Notes: generated by a model not told the origin, from the letters alone. Numbered from the stretch's first letter, positions 10,393 to 21,082 are shown. The stretch is DNA of 64,000 nt from Pelagomonas calceolata (GCA_918797485.1 CAKKNE010000005.1:2108001-2172000); one strand, 5' to 3'. Made by a program: numbers and translations.

Positions 10393-10746
10393 GGTAATAA
10401 TTTGATGGCGTGAGCTTCGCTTGCGGTGCTAGGACTAGTGGGCGGAGCGCCGCGCGGCCAACGTGCGAATTTGCGGTTTTCTCGGCACACTGGCGGCGTC
10501 TGCGATGGCTCCGGAGTACTGTTCCACGCGTGCTACGTTACTCGCGCTAATACGCGACACCTCTGCGATGCATCATCCTCTCACAAAAGCGCGATACGCT
10601 CCGTAAAAACACATCCACGGCAGCCGTCAATCGGGATTGTGCACCGCACAATCGTCAATCGGGCTGTGCCAACACTGCTAGCAGCGCAAGCAGCAACGCA
10701 TCGCACGACAGCAACAAAAAGCACAAGCTAGCAGCGAACTACAATC

Positions 10747-11589
10747 ATGCTGCGCTTGGCCTCGACGAGACTGCCCGCGGCGTTCGGCGGGTTGACGCGC
10801 CGCACGCTCGCCACGGGCCCGGCGAGCGGCGGGTCGGTCAGCGACGAGATGATCGAGAAGCTCGGCTCGCTCTCCACCCAAGCCTTGATCGACGGCTTGT
10901 GGGTCATGGGCTGGCCCGGTGCGCACATCGAGGGCGCCCGCTCGTTGGCCCCGGGCCAGAAGTGCGCCGGCCGCGCCGTCACGCTGAACTTTGTGCCCCA
11001 GCGGCCGGACATCCAGGCCGACAAGCCTCCCGGGGGAGAGTCCCCGGAGTACGAGGCCTTCGAGCTCTGCGGCCCGAAGGAGGTGTTAGTGATGTCGAGC
11101 GTGGGCCCCTGGGAGAGCGTTGGTGGTGACATCAAATTCCTCAGACTGAAGCAGTTAGGTCTGGGCGGCCTCGTCACCGACGGTTCTGTAAGAGACACGG
11201 ACGAGATCATCAGTTACGGCTTCCCCTGCTTCTCGTATTCCACGACTCCTAGACAGGGTCCCGCGGTGATGCAGCCCTGGGAGTGCAACGGTGTTATTAA
11301 TTGTGGGGGCGTCGCCGTGCGGCCCGGCGACTGCATTGTGGGCGACCAGGACGGTGTGGTGGTGGTGCCGGCGGCCAAGGCCGAGATGGTCTACTCCATC
11401 GCCCACGGGAGAGAAGTGATCGAGGAGATCGTCAAGGAGGAGCTCACGAAGAACCCGGGCCCGCCGGGCCGCTTCTACCCGTTCATGTCGGGCAAGATCA
11501 AGGTCGACTCGCCGCTGGGCAAGCTCCTCGCCACGAAGGGCATCACGCCGGAGAACTCGAACCAGTTCGAGGGCACGGCGAACTGGTAG
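10747..11589 (+). CDS. RraA / HMG aldolase family protein, probable mitochondrial presequence
   Basis: GRAVT...GLVTDGSVRD...VAVRPGDCIVGDQDGVVVVP; Arg/Leu-rich N-terminus. Confidence 0.85.
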   Translation: MLRLASTRLPAAFGGLTRRTLATGPASGGSVSDEMIEKLGSLSTQALIDGLWVMGWPGAHIEGARSLAPGQKCAGRAVTLNFVPQRPDIQADKPPGGESPEYEAFELCGPKEVLVMSSVGPWESVGGDIKFLRLKQLGLGGLVTDGSVRDTDEIISYGFPCFSYSTTPRQGPAVMQPWECNGVINCGGVAVRPGDCIVGDQDGVVVVPAAKAEMVYSIAHGREVIEEIVKEELTKNPGPPGRFYPFMSGKIKVDSPLGKLLATKGITPENSNQFEGTANW

Positions 11590-11663
11590 GTTCCTATCTA
11601 TCCCCTGGGGGGCGTCGTCCTTCATAAGTCCGCCGGGGCTCGAGAATACTACTAGTAGATAAG

Positions 11664-13691
11664 TTAGGCCGCGCGCGGCGGCCCGACGTTCGGCAGAGAG
11701 ACCCCACCAGACATCACATGGTTCATATTGGCATGACTTCTTTTGGGACTCAAGATCGACTTGATGAAGCGGGCTTGCGGCGTCGTATACAATTCCTCCC
11801 GCACAATCGGCACGAAGTCAAACGGCCGCTCCCACTGCGTTTCTCCTGTTACAGAGTGAGTATAATACACCGCACCCGACGCGGGATCGACGCTATCCGT
11901 CCACTCAAGCGGTTCCCACATGCTGACACCGGTATAGCTGTTGAAGTAGTACAACCGGTCGTCGTCATCCCGCAGCTCGTAGATGACCTCCTCCTCGTCC
12001 GGCGCGTCGGGTTGCTTCGGGTACGCGTGGCCGTCGTCGACGACGTACTGCGTCCCTTCGTCTCCCCACCTTAAACACCAGCCCTCGCGGTTCGGCGGCT
12101 TCGGCGGTTGCGGTTGCCCTTGGGCAGGCTTGTACGCTCGGTGATACCTACACTTGATCCAGTTCCCGGCTTCGGCTATCACCTCAATCTCCGTATCTTG
12201 CACCAAGTGCCCAACAATCGCTGAACCCTTGACCGGTTCTTGTCTCACATTGTGCAGACATGTCGCCGCCGTATTGAGCCAATAAGTAGGCTTCGGCTTG
12301 TTCGGCAAGGGTTGCCTCGGTGGCCGATCGCCGTAGTCAAACACCGGGTTATTTGGCACTTTACGAGCAGGCACGTCCTTGTCCGTGAAGGCCCACGTCT
12401 CTTCGCCGTCCCCTAGACCCCAGTCGTCGTCGTCATCCGAAGTAGCGCCCTTCTTCGACCTTGCTCGTGATGCTCTCGAGGCTTTTGAACTGACACTTTC
12501 ATCATCCCCTCGTAGTGGTGATGGTTGTTTCTGCGAAGAAGGCCCATCATACCCCTTCTTCGTGCCGCAGACCCCGCACTTCGACTGTCTCGCGGGGTTC
12601 GGCCGCTTGCACACGCTACAAGTCCAGTCCGTGGGGTTTATGCTCGGTAAGTCTGATGGTGGTTTAGGTGCAGGTGCGCCGGGCCCGTTCAACGTCGTAA
12701 CATCACACACGTCGGAGTGGGGCGACCATCCTGCCACACTGGCAGCACGCACCCGGAACTCGTATCGAGTCTGTTTGTCCAGGTTTCGTTTCCGACAGGT
12801 AGTATGCAGTATGAGTTGAGACGCGGACTGCCAGCCCTGGTCCTTGCCCTGGCGCTTGCGCCACTGCAATTCGTAGGCCTTGGAGACGGCGGCGCCCCGC
12901 AGCTCGCCCGCGCGCCACTCGAGCGTAACTGTAGAATCAGTCTTGTTCGCCACCCTTAGATGGGTTGGTTTTGGCGGTGGCGGCGCCGCTCCATTCTTCG
13001 ACGTCGAAGCCCCAGCAGAACCCCTAGCGTGCGCTGATACACCCTCTGAGGGAGGCGCTCCCGACGGAGGTGGTGGCCGCGACGTGCCAGCCCCAGTGGA
13101 CGGCGCCGGCTTCATGTGCTGTTTATACTCGGAATAGAATTTCCGATTGAAGTCGCGCTGCGTCTTCTCCTCTTCCGTTTGGGGCGGCATGTGGAACGAA
13201 TTGGTCGAGGGTGGCCGGCGCATGCCCATGGACGGACTCCCCTCCCTTTTGAGCTTTTCCTCGTCGGCCTTGCGCTTCCGCAGTTTCTCGTTCTGCGCCT
13301 CCTTCCGTGCTCGTCGCAGGTCATAAGATTTCCGTTTCTTGTCGTCGCTCAACAGAGTATAGGCCCGCTGGATCTCCGTGAACAAGGCGGTCGTCCGATC
13401 CGCATTTTTATCGGGATGGTACTGCAAGGCGAGCTTCCTATAAGCTTTTTTAACTTCTGACGAATCACACGTCTTCGCGACGCCCAGACAGCGGTACGGG
13501 TCCTCTTGCAATTTTTTCAGGATCCGGTTCAGGACCGGCGCGCCGTTGACCGTCTCCACACCCGCTTGCACAGGTGTATCCTTGCACTGCAGTAAGGAGT
13601 TCGCCGCGTCGCACAACGCCTTGCCGTCCGCTCCTTTGCACGACCTCTCGGCCGCGCGGACCGTCTCCGCGGGCATGGGTTCGATGTTCAT
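11664..13691 (-). CDS. DnaJ + fibronectin III + RanBP2 zinc finger + SH3-like + two WW domains
   Basis: KKAYRKLALQYHPDKN; DSTVTLEW...YEFRVRAASVAGWS; WTCSVC...CGVC; YYFNSYTGVSMWE and YYTHSVTGETQWERP. Confidence 0.82.
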   Translation of the reverse strand: MNIEPMPAETVRAAERSCKGADGKALCDAANSLLQCKDTPVQAGVETVNGAPVLNRILKKLQEDPYRCLGVAKTCDSSEVKKAYRKLALQYHPDKNADRTTALFTEIQRAYTLLSDDKKRKSYDLRRARKEAQNEKLRKRKADEEKLKREGSPSMGMRRPPSTNSFHMPPQTEEEKTQRDFNRKFYSEYKQHMKPAPSTGAGTSRPPPPSGAPPSEGVSAHARGSAGASTSKNGAAPPPPKPTHLRVANKTDSTVTLEWRAGELRGAAVSKAYELQWRKRQGKDQGWQSASQLILHTTCRKRNLDKQTRYEFRVRAASVAGWSPHSDVCDVTTLNGPGAPAPKPPSDLPSINPTDWTCSVCKRPNPARQSKCGVCGTKKGYDGPSSQKQPSPLRGDDESVSSKASRASRARSKKGATSDDDDDWGLGDGEETWAFTDKDVPARKVPNNPVFDYGDRPPRQPLPNKPKPTYWLNTAATCLHNVRQEPVKGSAIVGHLVQDTEIEVIAEAGNWIKCRYHRAYKPAQGQPQPPKPPNREGWCLRWGDEGTQYVVDDGHAYPKQPDAPDEEEVIYELRDDDDRLYYFNSYTGVSMWEPLEWTDSVDPASGAVYYTHSVTGETQWERPFDFVPIVREELYTTPQARFIKSILSPKRSHANMNHVMSGGVSLPNVGPPRAA

Positions 13692-14271
13692 GGTGTTGCG
13701 AGTGGCCGCCGCGCCGCCGGCGGCGGGCCGTTCCTAGTAACTACTGCTGCGGGACCGGCGCGCGCGGCGCTGCGGGGGCTGCCCCTAGAGAGTGCCGCTG
13801 GGTCTGGGCAGCCCTTCGTTGCCGCTGAAAGCTGCGCAGCGTGCAACCGTTTGGCGTCCGCCGCCCTTCCGCACCCTTGCAAGCACGACCAAGGGTCGAA
13901 CCTGGCGTGCACAGCCGGCCGCGTTGAGCGCGAGGAGGCCGTCCAGGCGTTATGCAACCTACTAGGGTAGCTCGGCGGCCGCCGTCGCGAGTGCAAAGGT
14001 GCGCGTCCGTGGTCGTTTGCGAGTCCTCGCTGCTCTGGAGGTATGCCTCGGCTGTGTGTGGTTACCGTGCGGGTTTCGACTCGTTTGTGCCTACGTGAGA
14101 CGACTTTTTCCTCCCACACACGCGCTACCTCTGCACTCCAGAAGCTAGGGAATTTCGGCAGACTCTCGTAACCGGGCCCTGGTGCACTGCTGCTGCAATC
14201 CGAAGGCCTGTCGACGCGAGCACTCGGAGAGCTAGATCACAGAGATCATAGCGCAGCAAAACGCCGCGGCA

Positions 14272-14697
14272 ATGGCGAATCCCGAGCCCGAGCGGCTGAC
14301 AGAAGTCGACATCCCGAAGCTCCCGCTCTACTTGGCCTTCGGCGTCATTTTTGGTGTGGCCCCCATGCTGCCGAACCGCTACAACCGCGACCTTGTTTAT
14401 CTTGTGAGCACGATCTACAAGCGCGTCGGCCCGCTCGGCTTGCTAGGCATCCCCTTCTGCACGCTCGCGATGGAGAAGACGGCCTACGACACGTACACGG
14501 CGTACCACGGGCGAAGCATTTATGCGGACGCCGCGAAAAAGAACGAGCCGCCGCCCCAGTTCCCGTCCGGCGGCGCGCAGCTGCCGTCCTTCAGCCTCAT
14601 CGAGACGCGGAAGCTCGTTGCGGACCCGGTCGTGTTCCGGCTGCCCTGGGTCCAAACAGCTGTCTCGGCTTTACGACGGCGCGAGACGAACCAGTAA
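14272..14697 (+). CDS. Small hypothetical membrane protein
   Basis: 141-aa ORF with coding-like codon use and two hydrophobic segments. Confidence 0.65.
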   Translation: MANPEPERLTEVDIPKLPLYLAFGVIFGVAPMLPNRYNRDLVYLVSTIYKRVGPLGLLGIPFCTLAMEKTAYDTYTAYHGRSIYADAAKKNEPPPQFPSGGAQLPSFSLIETRKLVADPVVFRLPWVQTAVSALRRRETNQ

Positions 14698-14722
14698 GTA
14701 TAGTTGTGTTAAGCGAGGACTC

Positions 14723-15952
14723 CTACTTCCACAGCTTCTTGATCGCCAGGTTCGAGTCGACGTCCTTCTTCATGACCTTGGCGACCGCCATCTCGAAGTC
14801 CTCCTGCGTCACGTGGATGCGGCGCTCGCGCAACGCGAACATCCCGGCTTCCGAACAGACGCCCTTGCACTCCGCGCCCGAGGCGTCCGTCATCTTCTCG
14901 GCGATCTTGTGCAGGTCGATGCCCCTCAATAAATTCATCTTCCTACTATGAATCGACATGATGTCGACGCGCGACGCGGCCGTCGGGTTCGGGAACTCGA
15001 TCTTGCGGTCGATGCGGCCCGGTCTCAATAGTGCGCTATCTAGAATGTCAATCCGGTTCGTGGCCATGATGACCTTGATGTTCTGGGTCGGCTCGAACCC
15101 ATCAAGCTGATTCAGGAGCTCGAGCATCGTCCTCCCAACTTCCGAATCGCCGCCTTCCCCCCCTTCGCCTCTAGACGAGCCAATGGAATCGACCTCGTCC
15201 ATGAAGATGATGGACGGCGCCGCCTCCCGCGCCATCACAAACAACTCGCGGACCATGCGCGACCCTTCCCCGATGTATTTTTGTACTAATTCTGCGCCTG
15301 ATACTCGTACAAAAGTACAATCAGTATGGTGCGCCACGGCTCGCGCGAGCAGTGTCTTGCCCGTGCCCGGCGGGCCATATAACAAAACGCCCTTCGGTTG
15401 ACTCACGCCCAGGGCATCAAAGAGCTCAGGATGCTTGATCGGCAACTCGATGACCTCCTTGATCTCCCGAATCTGCTTCTCCAGGCCGCCGACCATGTCG
15501 TACGTCGAATCGGGTACTTTCTCGACCTTCATCAGTGACACGAGCGGGTCCACTTTTGTCGGTAGTATCTTATGTAACTCATAAGAGTCGTTCCGCAGGG
15601 CCACCCGGATATTGGGCTTCACGTCATTTATATCGATGCCCTTGCCCAGATCCACCACATACTTCCCCTCGGGATTGACTTTCACGAGAATTTTGGTCTG
15701 GCTCATGGCTTTCACGACCTCGCCGACGTAGGAGCCGGGTTCTTGCAACTCGTGGAGCTCCTCCCGCAAAGCGCGGACGCGCGCGTTCAAGGAATTTCGC
15801 TGGGCCGTGAGTCTTTGTAAATTTAACGTCTTCTCCCGGACGTCGCGCTCGAGGCCGCCGATTTTAGATGTGAAGTAGGACGTGAGGCCGGACGTCGCCG
15901 CGGCGTCGCCGTCGGACGTGTCCATGGTGGATTCGACGGCGGCGGCGGCCAT
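14723..15952 (-). CDS. RPT6: 26S proteasome AAA-ATPase regulatory subunit 8 (Rpt6/PSMC5)
   Basis: [37 protein letters not shown]-terminal KKLWK. Confidence 0.97.
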   Translation of the reverse strand: MAAAAVESTMDTSDGDAAATSGLTSYFTSKIGGLERDVREKTLNLQRLTAQRNSLNARVRALREELHELQEPGSYVGEVVKAMSQTKILVKVNPEGKYVVDLGKGIDINDVKPNIRVALRNDSYELHKILPTKVDPLVSLMKVEKVPDSTYDMVGGLEKQIREIKEVIELPIKHPELFDALGVSQPKGVLLYGPPGTGKTLLARAVAHHTDCTFVRVSGAELVQKYIGEGSRMVRELFVMAREAAPSIIFMDEVDSIGSSRGEGGEGGDSEVGRTMLELLNQLDGFEPTQNIKVIMATNRIDILDSALLRPGRIDRKIEFPNPTAASRVDIMSIHSRKMNLLRGIDLHKIAEKMTDASGAECKGVCSEAGMFALRERRIHVTQEDFEMAVAKVMKKDVDSNLAIKKLWK

Positions 15953-16135
15953 TTGGTTTGTCTCGCGAGTCGCTCCGACCTCCTTTGAGGCTTTTGAGCT
16001 GGCGGCGGCGGCGCGCGCGGAATTTGGCCCAGCGCTGTTGGCGGCGTTTCAGCGGCAACGTATGTGCCCTTGCGCTCAAACAAAGGAGCTATAGCGCGAG
16101 CAGCAAAGCCACCCGCCGCGCCCGTGGGCCGAGCT

Positions 16136-16157
16136 CTAGTGTGTTACACGCGCTAGC
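16136..16157. promoter_or_regulatory. Conserved upstream motif GCTAGTGT(C/G)TTACA-N4/5-GCTAGC (representative copy in the RPT6/PSF3 divergent promoter)
   Basis: Related copies at 6289, 18257, 20954, 26817, 31139, 35394, 36558, 36608, 36711, 39934, 48985, 54395, 55387 and 61290, all upstream of gene starts. Confidence 0.6.
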
Positions 16158-16344
16158 TCGCTTGGCCGCAGTTTTGGCTCGTAAGCGCGGCAGCGGCACT
16201 TAGGCACGCGCGCAACACGTTCAGCAGTCACATCTATCTACCGGCTAGCTGGGGTTTCAAACTCAGCGCACCGCGATAACGCTGCGTCGAGTTTGAGCCC
16301 ACCAAAGCGCTGCAGTCGTCTTTTTGCGCTGCGCCGAGCGGACG

Positions 16345-16985
16345 ATGGCCGACGACAGCGTCCACGCGCTCCTCGCCGACGAGGAACTGGTAGACTGCAC
16401 TTTACTCATCGACGGCGAGGGCATGGGCCACCTGCTGGGAGACGACAAGGCCGGCGACCTCGCCAAAGGTGCGCAATTGAAACTAGCGCTCTGGCTCGCT
16501 TTGGTTCTCGCGAAGAAGAACATGGTGCGCATCTCCCTGCCGAACCGGTATGGTCCTTCCGTAAGAGCGGACCTCGAGGCCGGCCCGACCGTCGTCGACC
16601 TTCACAGTACAGCGCCGTGCATAAATCAAATTGTCGCGGCGCGTCTCGGGCATCCGACTCACTGATTGATTTGTGCTCAGGTATAGCGCCGTACTACTAC
16701 ACGGTCGGGCACAAGCTCGCGGACGCTACCGGCGAGGACTCGCTCCGCAAGGAGCTCCGGGCCGCGATTTCCGGCGACCGCTTCGAGAAGGCGTTCGACT
16801 GGTCCCAGGTGTCTTTAGATAGGGACGTGTCGGAGCTGCGCGAGACGCTGGCGCGCGAGGAGCAGGAGCTCTTCGACGCCGGCTACCGCGCCGCGCGCGA
16901 CGTCCGCGCGTGGAAGCGGCGGCGCACGGCGCGGCTGACGACGGCGGCCATCTACAAGCGCGCGGCGCCGGAGCGGGTCGGGTAG
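16345..16985 (+). CDS. PSF3: GINS complex subunit Psf3; exons 16345-16606, 16681-16985
   Basis: LLADEELV.C...GMGHL...LKLALWLA...DLEAGPTVVDLHSIAPYYY...EEQELF pattern of Psf3. Confidence 0.8.
16607..16680 (+). mobile_element. Introner intron (74 nt) with 8-bp TSD and TIRs
   Basis: TSD GTACAGCG / GTATAGCG; TIR CCGTGCATAAATCAA vs TTGATTTGTGCTCAG (12/15); splicing restores DLHSIAPYYY. Confidence 0.85.
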
Positions 16986-17029
16986 TGGCCGGCGGCGCAG
17001 AGGGGTAATGCCAGTACCTTAGTTTCTTT

Positions 17030-18190
17030 TTATTTCTCCGGCAGCGCCATGGCCTCGCGTAGGGAGGGAAATTCTTCGCGGGCGCGGAGCGTTTCTCGCG
17101 CGCATCCTAGATTCTGCTCAATGTTCACTACGACCGGGTGAGAACTTCCCAAAACGCGCCGCGCGATCCGTCCCACGTCCTCAAACGTCGTCACGGACTC
17201 GCGGAGCTCGTCGAGCGTGGCGGCGGGGTCTTTGTAGAGCGCCCGCGCGTAAGTCAGTCTCACCCTGAGCGTGATTTCATGGCTCATACCGAGAACGCGT
17301 TGCGCCGCGGGCAACGTTCGGCGCAGCAATGTCTTGGCTTCCTCGAAGCGCGACAGACCCTGAAGGGACGCTGCGTAATTGTTGGCTGGTAGGAAGGTTA
17401 GTCTATGTTCTTCGCCGTTGAGCCTCAAACGCCCGGAGTATACGTCTTGCTTCAACCGTAGGGCAGCTTCGAACCGTCCGAGCGCTTCATACGTTATCGC
17501 AAGATTGCATTGAACGTCAAGTAGGCTTGGTTCTGTTGCGCCAATGCGCCGCAGCGTAGCCAAATCGGCCTGTTGGACGGACAACGCATCCTCGTTGTGT
17601 CCTGCTTCGGATAAACCGAGTCCAAGCAGGTTCATCGCCATGCCCCGAACCTGGTCCGTCTCCGGCCGCCCCACGTACGTCTTCCAGCACGCCCACCCGA
17701 GCGCGCACCGCACGAGGCCGTGGTAGTGCTGCTCGCATAAGCTGCACGAGTACCACCGGTTTAACCTCTCATCCAGCACCTTGTTACCCAAATTATTCTC
17801 CTCGGCCTCCGCGACCAAAATCTTCGCCTGCTCCGCCAAGCACGAAACATGCGCGAAGCCCGCCGTCCCGCGGCACGAGCACCCACGTACGAGGCCCTCC
17901 TTCGTCTTCCAGTGGAGGGCCTGCGTGCAGATGTAGCACGTCTGGCCCTTCGTGTCCTCCGCGCATTTCTCGACCGCGACCGATACTGCCTCCGTGTACT
18001 TCTCATTTGCATTGTATTGCTCTGCGCCACCAGCCTTTTTAATCTTCTTACAGAGCGTGTCGTGGCCGCCCTCTTTCCAGTGCTGCACCTGGCAGGCTGC
18101 CCCACAGTAGCGTGTGCTGCAGCGGCCGCATTTCTTGCCCAAGGATAAGCCAAGGTCGGTGGCGCAGACGGCGCACTGCGTGAGGATCAT
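17030..18190 (-). CDS. MYND zinc finger + RING-CH (RINGv) + TPR-repeat protein
   Basis: CAVC...CGRCSTRYCG..CQ..HW...H...C; CYIC...RGCSCRGTAGFAHVSCL; kinesin-light-chain-type TPRs (NLAITY..LGR...A). Confidence 0.85.
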   Translation of the reverse strand: MILTQCAVCATDLGLSLGKKCGRCSTRYCGAACQVQHWKEGGHDTLCKKIKKAGGAEQYNANEKYTEAVSVAVEKCAEDTKGQTCYICTQALHWKTKEGLVRGCSCRGTAGFAHVSCLAEQAKILVAEAEENNLGNKVLDERLNRWYSCSLCEQHYHGLVRCALGWACWKTYVGRPETDQVRGMAMNLLGLGLSEAGHNEDALSVQQADLATLRRIGATEPSLLDVQCNLAITYEALGRFEAALRLKQDVYSGRLRLNGEEHRLTFLPANNYAASLQGLSRFEEAKTLLRRTLPAAQRVLGMSHEITLRVRLTYARALYKDPAATLDELRESVTTFEDVGRIARRVLGSSHPVVVNIEQNLGCARETLRAREEFPSLREAMALPEK

Positions 18191-18371
18191 CTCGTATGTG
18201 GTCAAATCGCACGGGGGCAGCCCTACGATGCCAAAAAGCCTCACGAGGCGAGAAAGGCTAGTGTCTTACTGTATGCTAGCTAACGATGTGCACGCCCAAA
18301 AAAGCCCTATAGAGAGGCTAGCAGTGACCGAGTAGACGACAACGACTGTCATCAGTCCGAAATAGCAAAGT

Positions 18372-19553
18372 ATGGCGCAGCGCGGCCTCCTCAAGCTCGG
18401 CAAGCGCACGCCCGTGATAGCTAGCTATGCAAGGACCCCGATCGGCGCTTTCAACGGAGCATTAGCGTCATTGAAGGCGCCGGAGCTCGGCGCCATCGCG
18501 ATCAAAGGCGCCTGCGCGCGCGCCGGCATCACGGGCAAAGATGTAGAAGAAGTCCTCATGGGCAACGTCGTGAGTGCCGGCGTCGGCCAAGCTCCAGCGA
18601 CCCAAGCCGCCATCTTTGCGGGATTGGGGGAAGATATACCATCAACCACAATAAACAAGGTCTGCGCGAGCGGCATGAAAAGTATCATGGTGGCGGCGAC
18701 GCAGATCGCGCTGGGACTGCGAGATGTTGTGGTCTGTGGTGGGATGGAGTCGATGTCCAACGTGCCGCACTACGCGCACCTAAGATCTGGATTGCGGTTA
18801 GGTGATGGCAAATTGGTCGACGGCGTCATCTTTGACGGGCTCTGGGACCCCTACGGCGACCAGCACATGGGCAGCTGTGCCGAGAAGTGCGCCGCGGACC
18901 ATGGCATCTCGAGGGACGACCAGGACGCCTACGCGGAGCTTTCGTACGAACGGAGTCGCGCGGCCAAGAGCTTTCATGCCCAAGAGATCGAGCCGGTCGA
19001 AGTGAAACAGAGGAAGAAGACCATCACTGTGGACGAGGACGAGGAACCCTCAAAAGATACAAGTAGATTGCGTTCGTTACGACCGGCCTTCCTCAAGGAC
19101 GGCACGGTGACAGCTGCCAACGCGTCCAAGCTCAACGACGGCGCGGCTTCGTTGGTTGTGATGTCGCTCGAAGAGTGCGAAAAACGAAACTTGGAGCCGC
19201 TCTGTGCGATCCAAGGTTTCGGGGACGCGCAAAGAACACCGATCGACTTCACGATCGCGCCGTCCTTAGCCGTGCCCGCTGCTTTAGCACACGCCGAACT
19301 CGACATGAGCGACGTTTCGATCCATGAGGTGAACGAGGCCTTTGCCGTCGTGGCCCTGGCGAACGCCCAGATCCTAAATGTGGACGTCGACAAGGTCAAC
19401 CAGAGAGGCGGCGCCGTGTCCTTGGGCCACCCCATCGGCATGAGCGGCGCGCGCATCGTCGGGAGTTTGGCGATGCAACTTGAGGCTGTGGGCGTCGCGT
19501 CGATCTGCAACGGCGGGGGCGGGGCCTCGGCAATAGTTCTAACTAAGTTGTAA
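18372..19553 (+). CDS. Acetyl-CoA C-acetyltransferase (thiolase II)
   Basis: NKVCASG, NEAFA, GHPIGMSG, SICNGGGG motifs. Confidence 0.95.
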   Translation: MAQRGLLKLGKRTPVIASYARTPIGAFNGALASLKAPELGAIAIKGACARAGITGKDVEEVLMGNVVSAGVGQAPATQAAIFAGLGEDIPSTTINKVCASGMKSIMVAATQIALGLRDVVVCGGMESMSNVPHYAHLRSGLRLGDGKLVDGVIFDGLWDPYGDQHMGSCAEKCAADHGISRDDQDAYAELSYERSRAAKSFHAQEIEPVEVKQRKKTITVDEDEEPSKDTSRLRSLRPAFLKDGTVTAANASKLNDGAASLVVMSLEECEKRNLEPLCAIQGFGDAQRTPIDFTIAPSLAVPAALAHAELDMSDVSIHEVNEAFAVVALANAQILNVDVDKVNQRGGAVSLGHPIGMSGARIVGSLAMQLEAVGVASICNGGGGASAIVLTKL

Positions 19554-20790
19554 ACCCCCCTCGAGGCACGGGCACGGCCATGAAGTCCCTCCCTAACACG
19601 ACTTCTTGCCGCCCGAAACTCTTCCGAGCCTGCTCCCTTAATCTCTCAAGGTGCTTCACGGAGTGGTGCCGCGACGACATGTGCGTCAAAATCAAAGCTT
19701 TCGCCTTGGCTTTCGCGGCGAAGCGCCCCGCGCCGCCCGCTGTGCTATGCCCATGTCTTCGGGCCAGAATCCACTGCTCGTCCTCGAGCGTCGCCTCGTG
19801 CACGACAATATCCGCGTTTTCCGCCAGCGGGACTAACGCTGAGGCATCACAAGTATCCCCTACAATAACAACTTTCCGAGGCCGCACGTTCTCCTGTGTC
19901 ACGTCGTCAGCCTTAACAACAGTGCCATCTTGCAACACCACATCTTGACCGGCCTGCAAATGCTGATACAACGGCCCTGGTGTTAAACCCGCTCTTCGAG
20001 CTTCCTCTACTAAAACTTTTCGAGGTAGCGCCACCTCCTCGACCACAAACCCATAGGCGTCCAACCCAGGCCTATGCACGATCCGCGCACAAGACACGAC
20101 GTGTGTGCTCGTTTCCACAATGGTACCCTCCTCCACAATTCCTGAATGCACCAAACTGCCGTGGGGCTTCTGTTTGGGATTACGGTTCGCGCTCTCTGAC
20201 GAAGCGATCTCGACGACCTTCACGGCCGCGTTTGAGCGAGGAGGCACTTGGGAATACGTTAATGTGGAACAGAGGTAATCATAGAGACCTTCCGGACCGT
20301 ATACAGTTAATTCGCGGGGCCCCTGGTTCCGCCCGTACCTTATATGTTTTATCTTGTTCTCATTCGTTTTCATATCAGACCAAGTAGCTAGGAACCCAGG
20401 TAACCCCCAGAGGTGGTCGCCGTGGAGGTGCGTGATGAAGATGCGGTCGATGTCCGCGTGGGAGATGGGCGAGGACATGACTTGCCGCGTCGTGCCCTCG
20501 CCGCAATCAAAGAGCCACGTCGTCGACTGCTCGCCGTGGGCGTCCAGCCGCAACGCGACGCAGGCCGCATTTCTATCTACTGATGGTCCTCCCGCGCCCG
20601 TTCCTAAGCAGGTCAATTCTAGTCCCGTCCAGGGCCTCCGTCTATAGTTCTTCCTTCTAGATCGCACGAAGGGGTCGACGGTGTAGGTGTGGAGTGGTCG
20701 TCGTTCCGCATTGCGCTGCAGCACCGGCGGCTGCCGCGGCGGCGTGCGTGCGGCATAAAGTAGCCGGCGCATGGCGACACACCGGCGCAT
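19543..20790 (-). CDS. Ribonuclease Z (short form, ELAC1/Rnz-like) with N-terminal organellar presequence
   Basis: LGTGAG.PS..RN, FDCGEGT, THLHGDH, GP exosite (GLTPGPLY..L), GDT, HEAT, GHST, LTHMSSR. Confidence 0.92.
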   Translation of the reverse strand: MRRCVAMRRLLYAARTPPRQPPVLQRNAERRPLHTYTVDPFVRSRRKNYRRRPWTGLELTCLGTGAGGPSVDRNAACVALRLDAHGEQSTTWLFDCGEGTTRQVMSSPISHADIDRIFITHLHGDHLWGLPGFLATWSDMKTNENKIKHIRYGRNQGPRELTVYGPEGLYDYLCSTLTYSQVPPRSNAAVKVVEIASSESANRNPKQKPHGSLVHSGIVEEGTIVETSTHVVSCARIVHRPGLDAYGFVVEEVALPRKVLVEEARRAGLTPGPLYQHLQAGQDVVLQDGTVVKADDVTQENVRPRKVVIVGDTCDASALVPLAENADIVVHEATLEDEQWILARRHGHSTAGGAGRFAAKAKAKALILTHMSSRHHSVKHLERLREQARKSFGRQEVVLGRDFMAVPVPRGGFTT

Positions 20791-21082
20791 CGCTGTGATT
20801 TGCAGGCGTTGTCAACAGCGATGCGGGTGCGCGTTTTGAAGGTGCGAGCGGTTGATCTACTGAAAGTTGCGTACCAAAGCTATTGAATGACGCCTCTTAC
20901 GTGCAATAAGGTGGCGTTTTGAGGCGCTGCAAGCGCTTTCACTCGCGCGTGCAGCTAGCGTCCTGTAAGACACTAGGCAGGCGCTACAGCGCTGCTCGGC
21001 CAGTGCCCCAAGTGGGCTGCCCCAGTGGCCGAAGAGAAGCCAGACGACCGAGACGAGCACCGTAGGGAGACGCACGGACCGC

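Noticed and set aside
13880..13980. T-arm/B-box-like CCAGGTTCGACCCTTGG on the minus strand suggesting a tRNA
   Set aside because: No matching acceptor stem, D-arm or anticodon arm could be folded.
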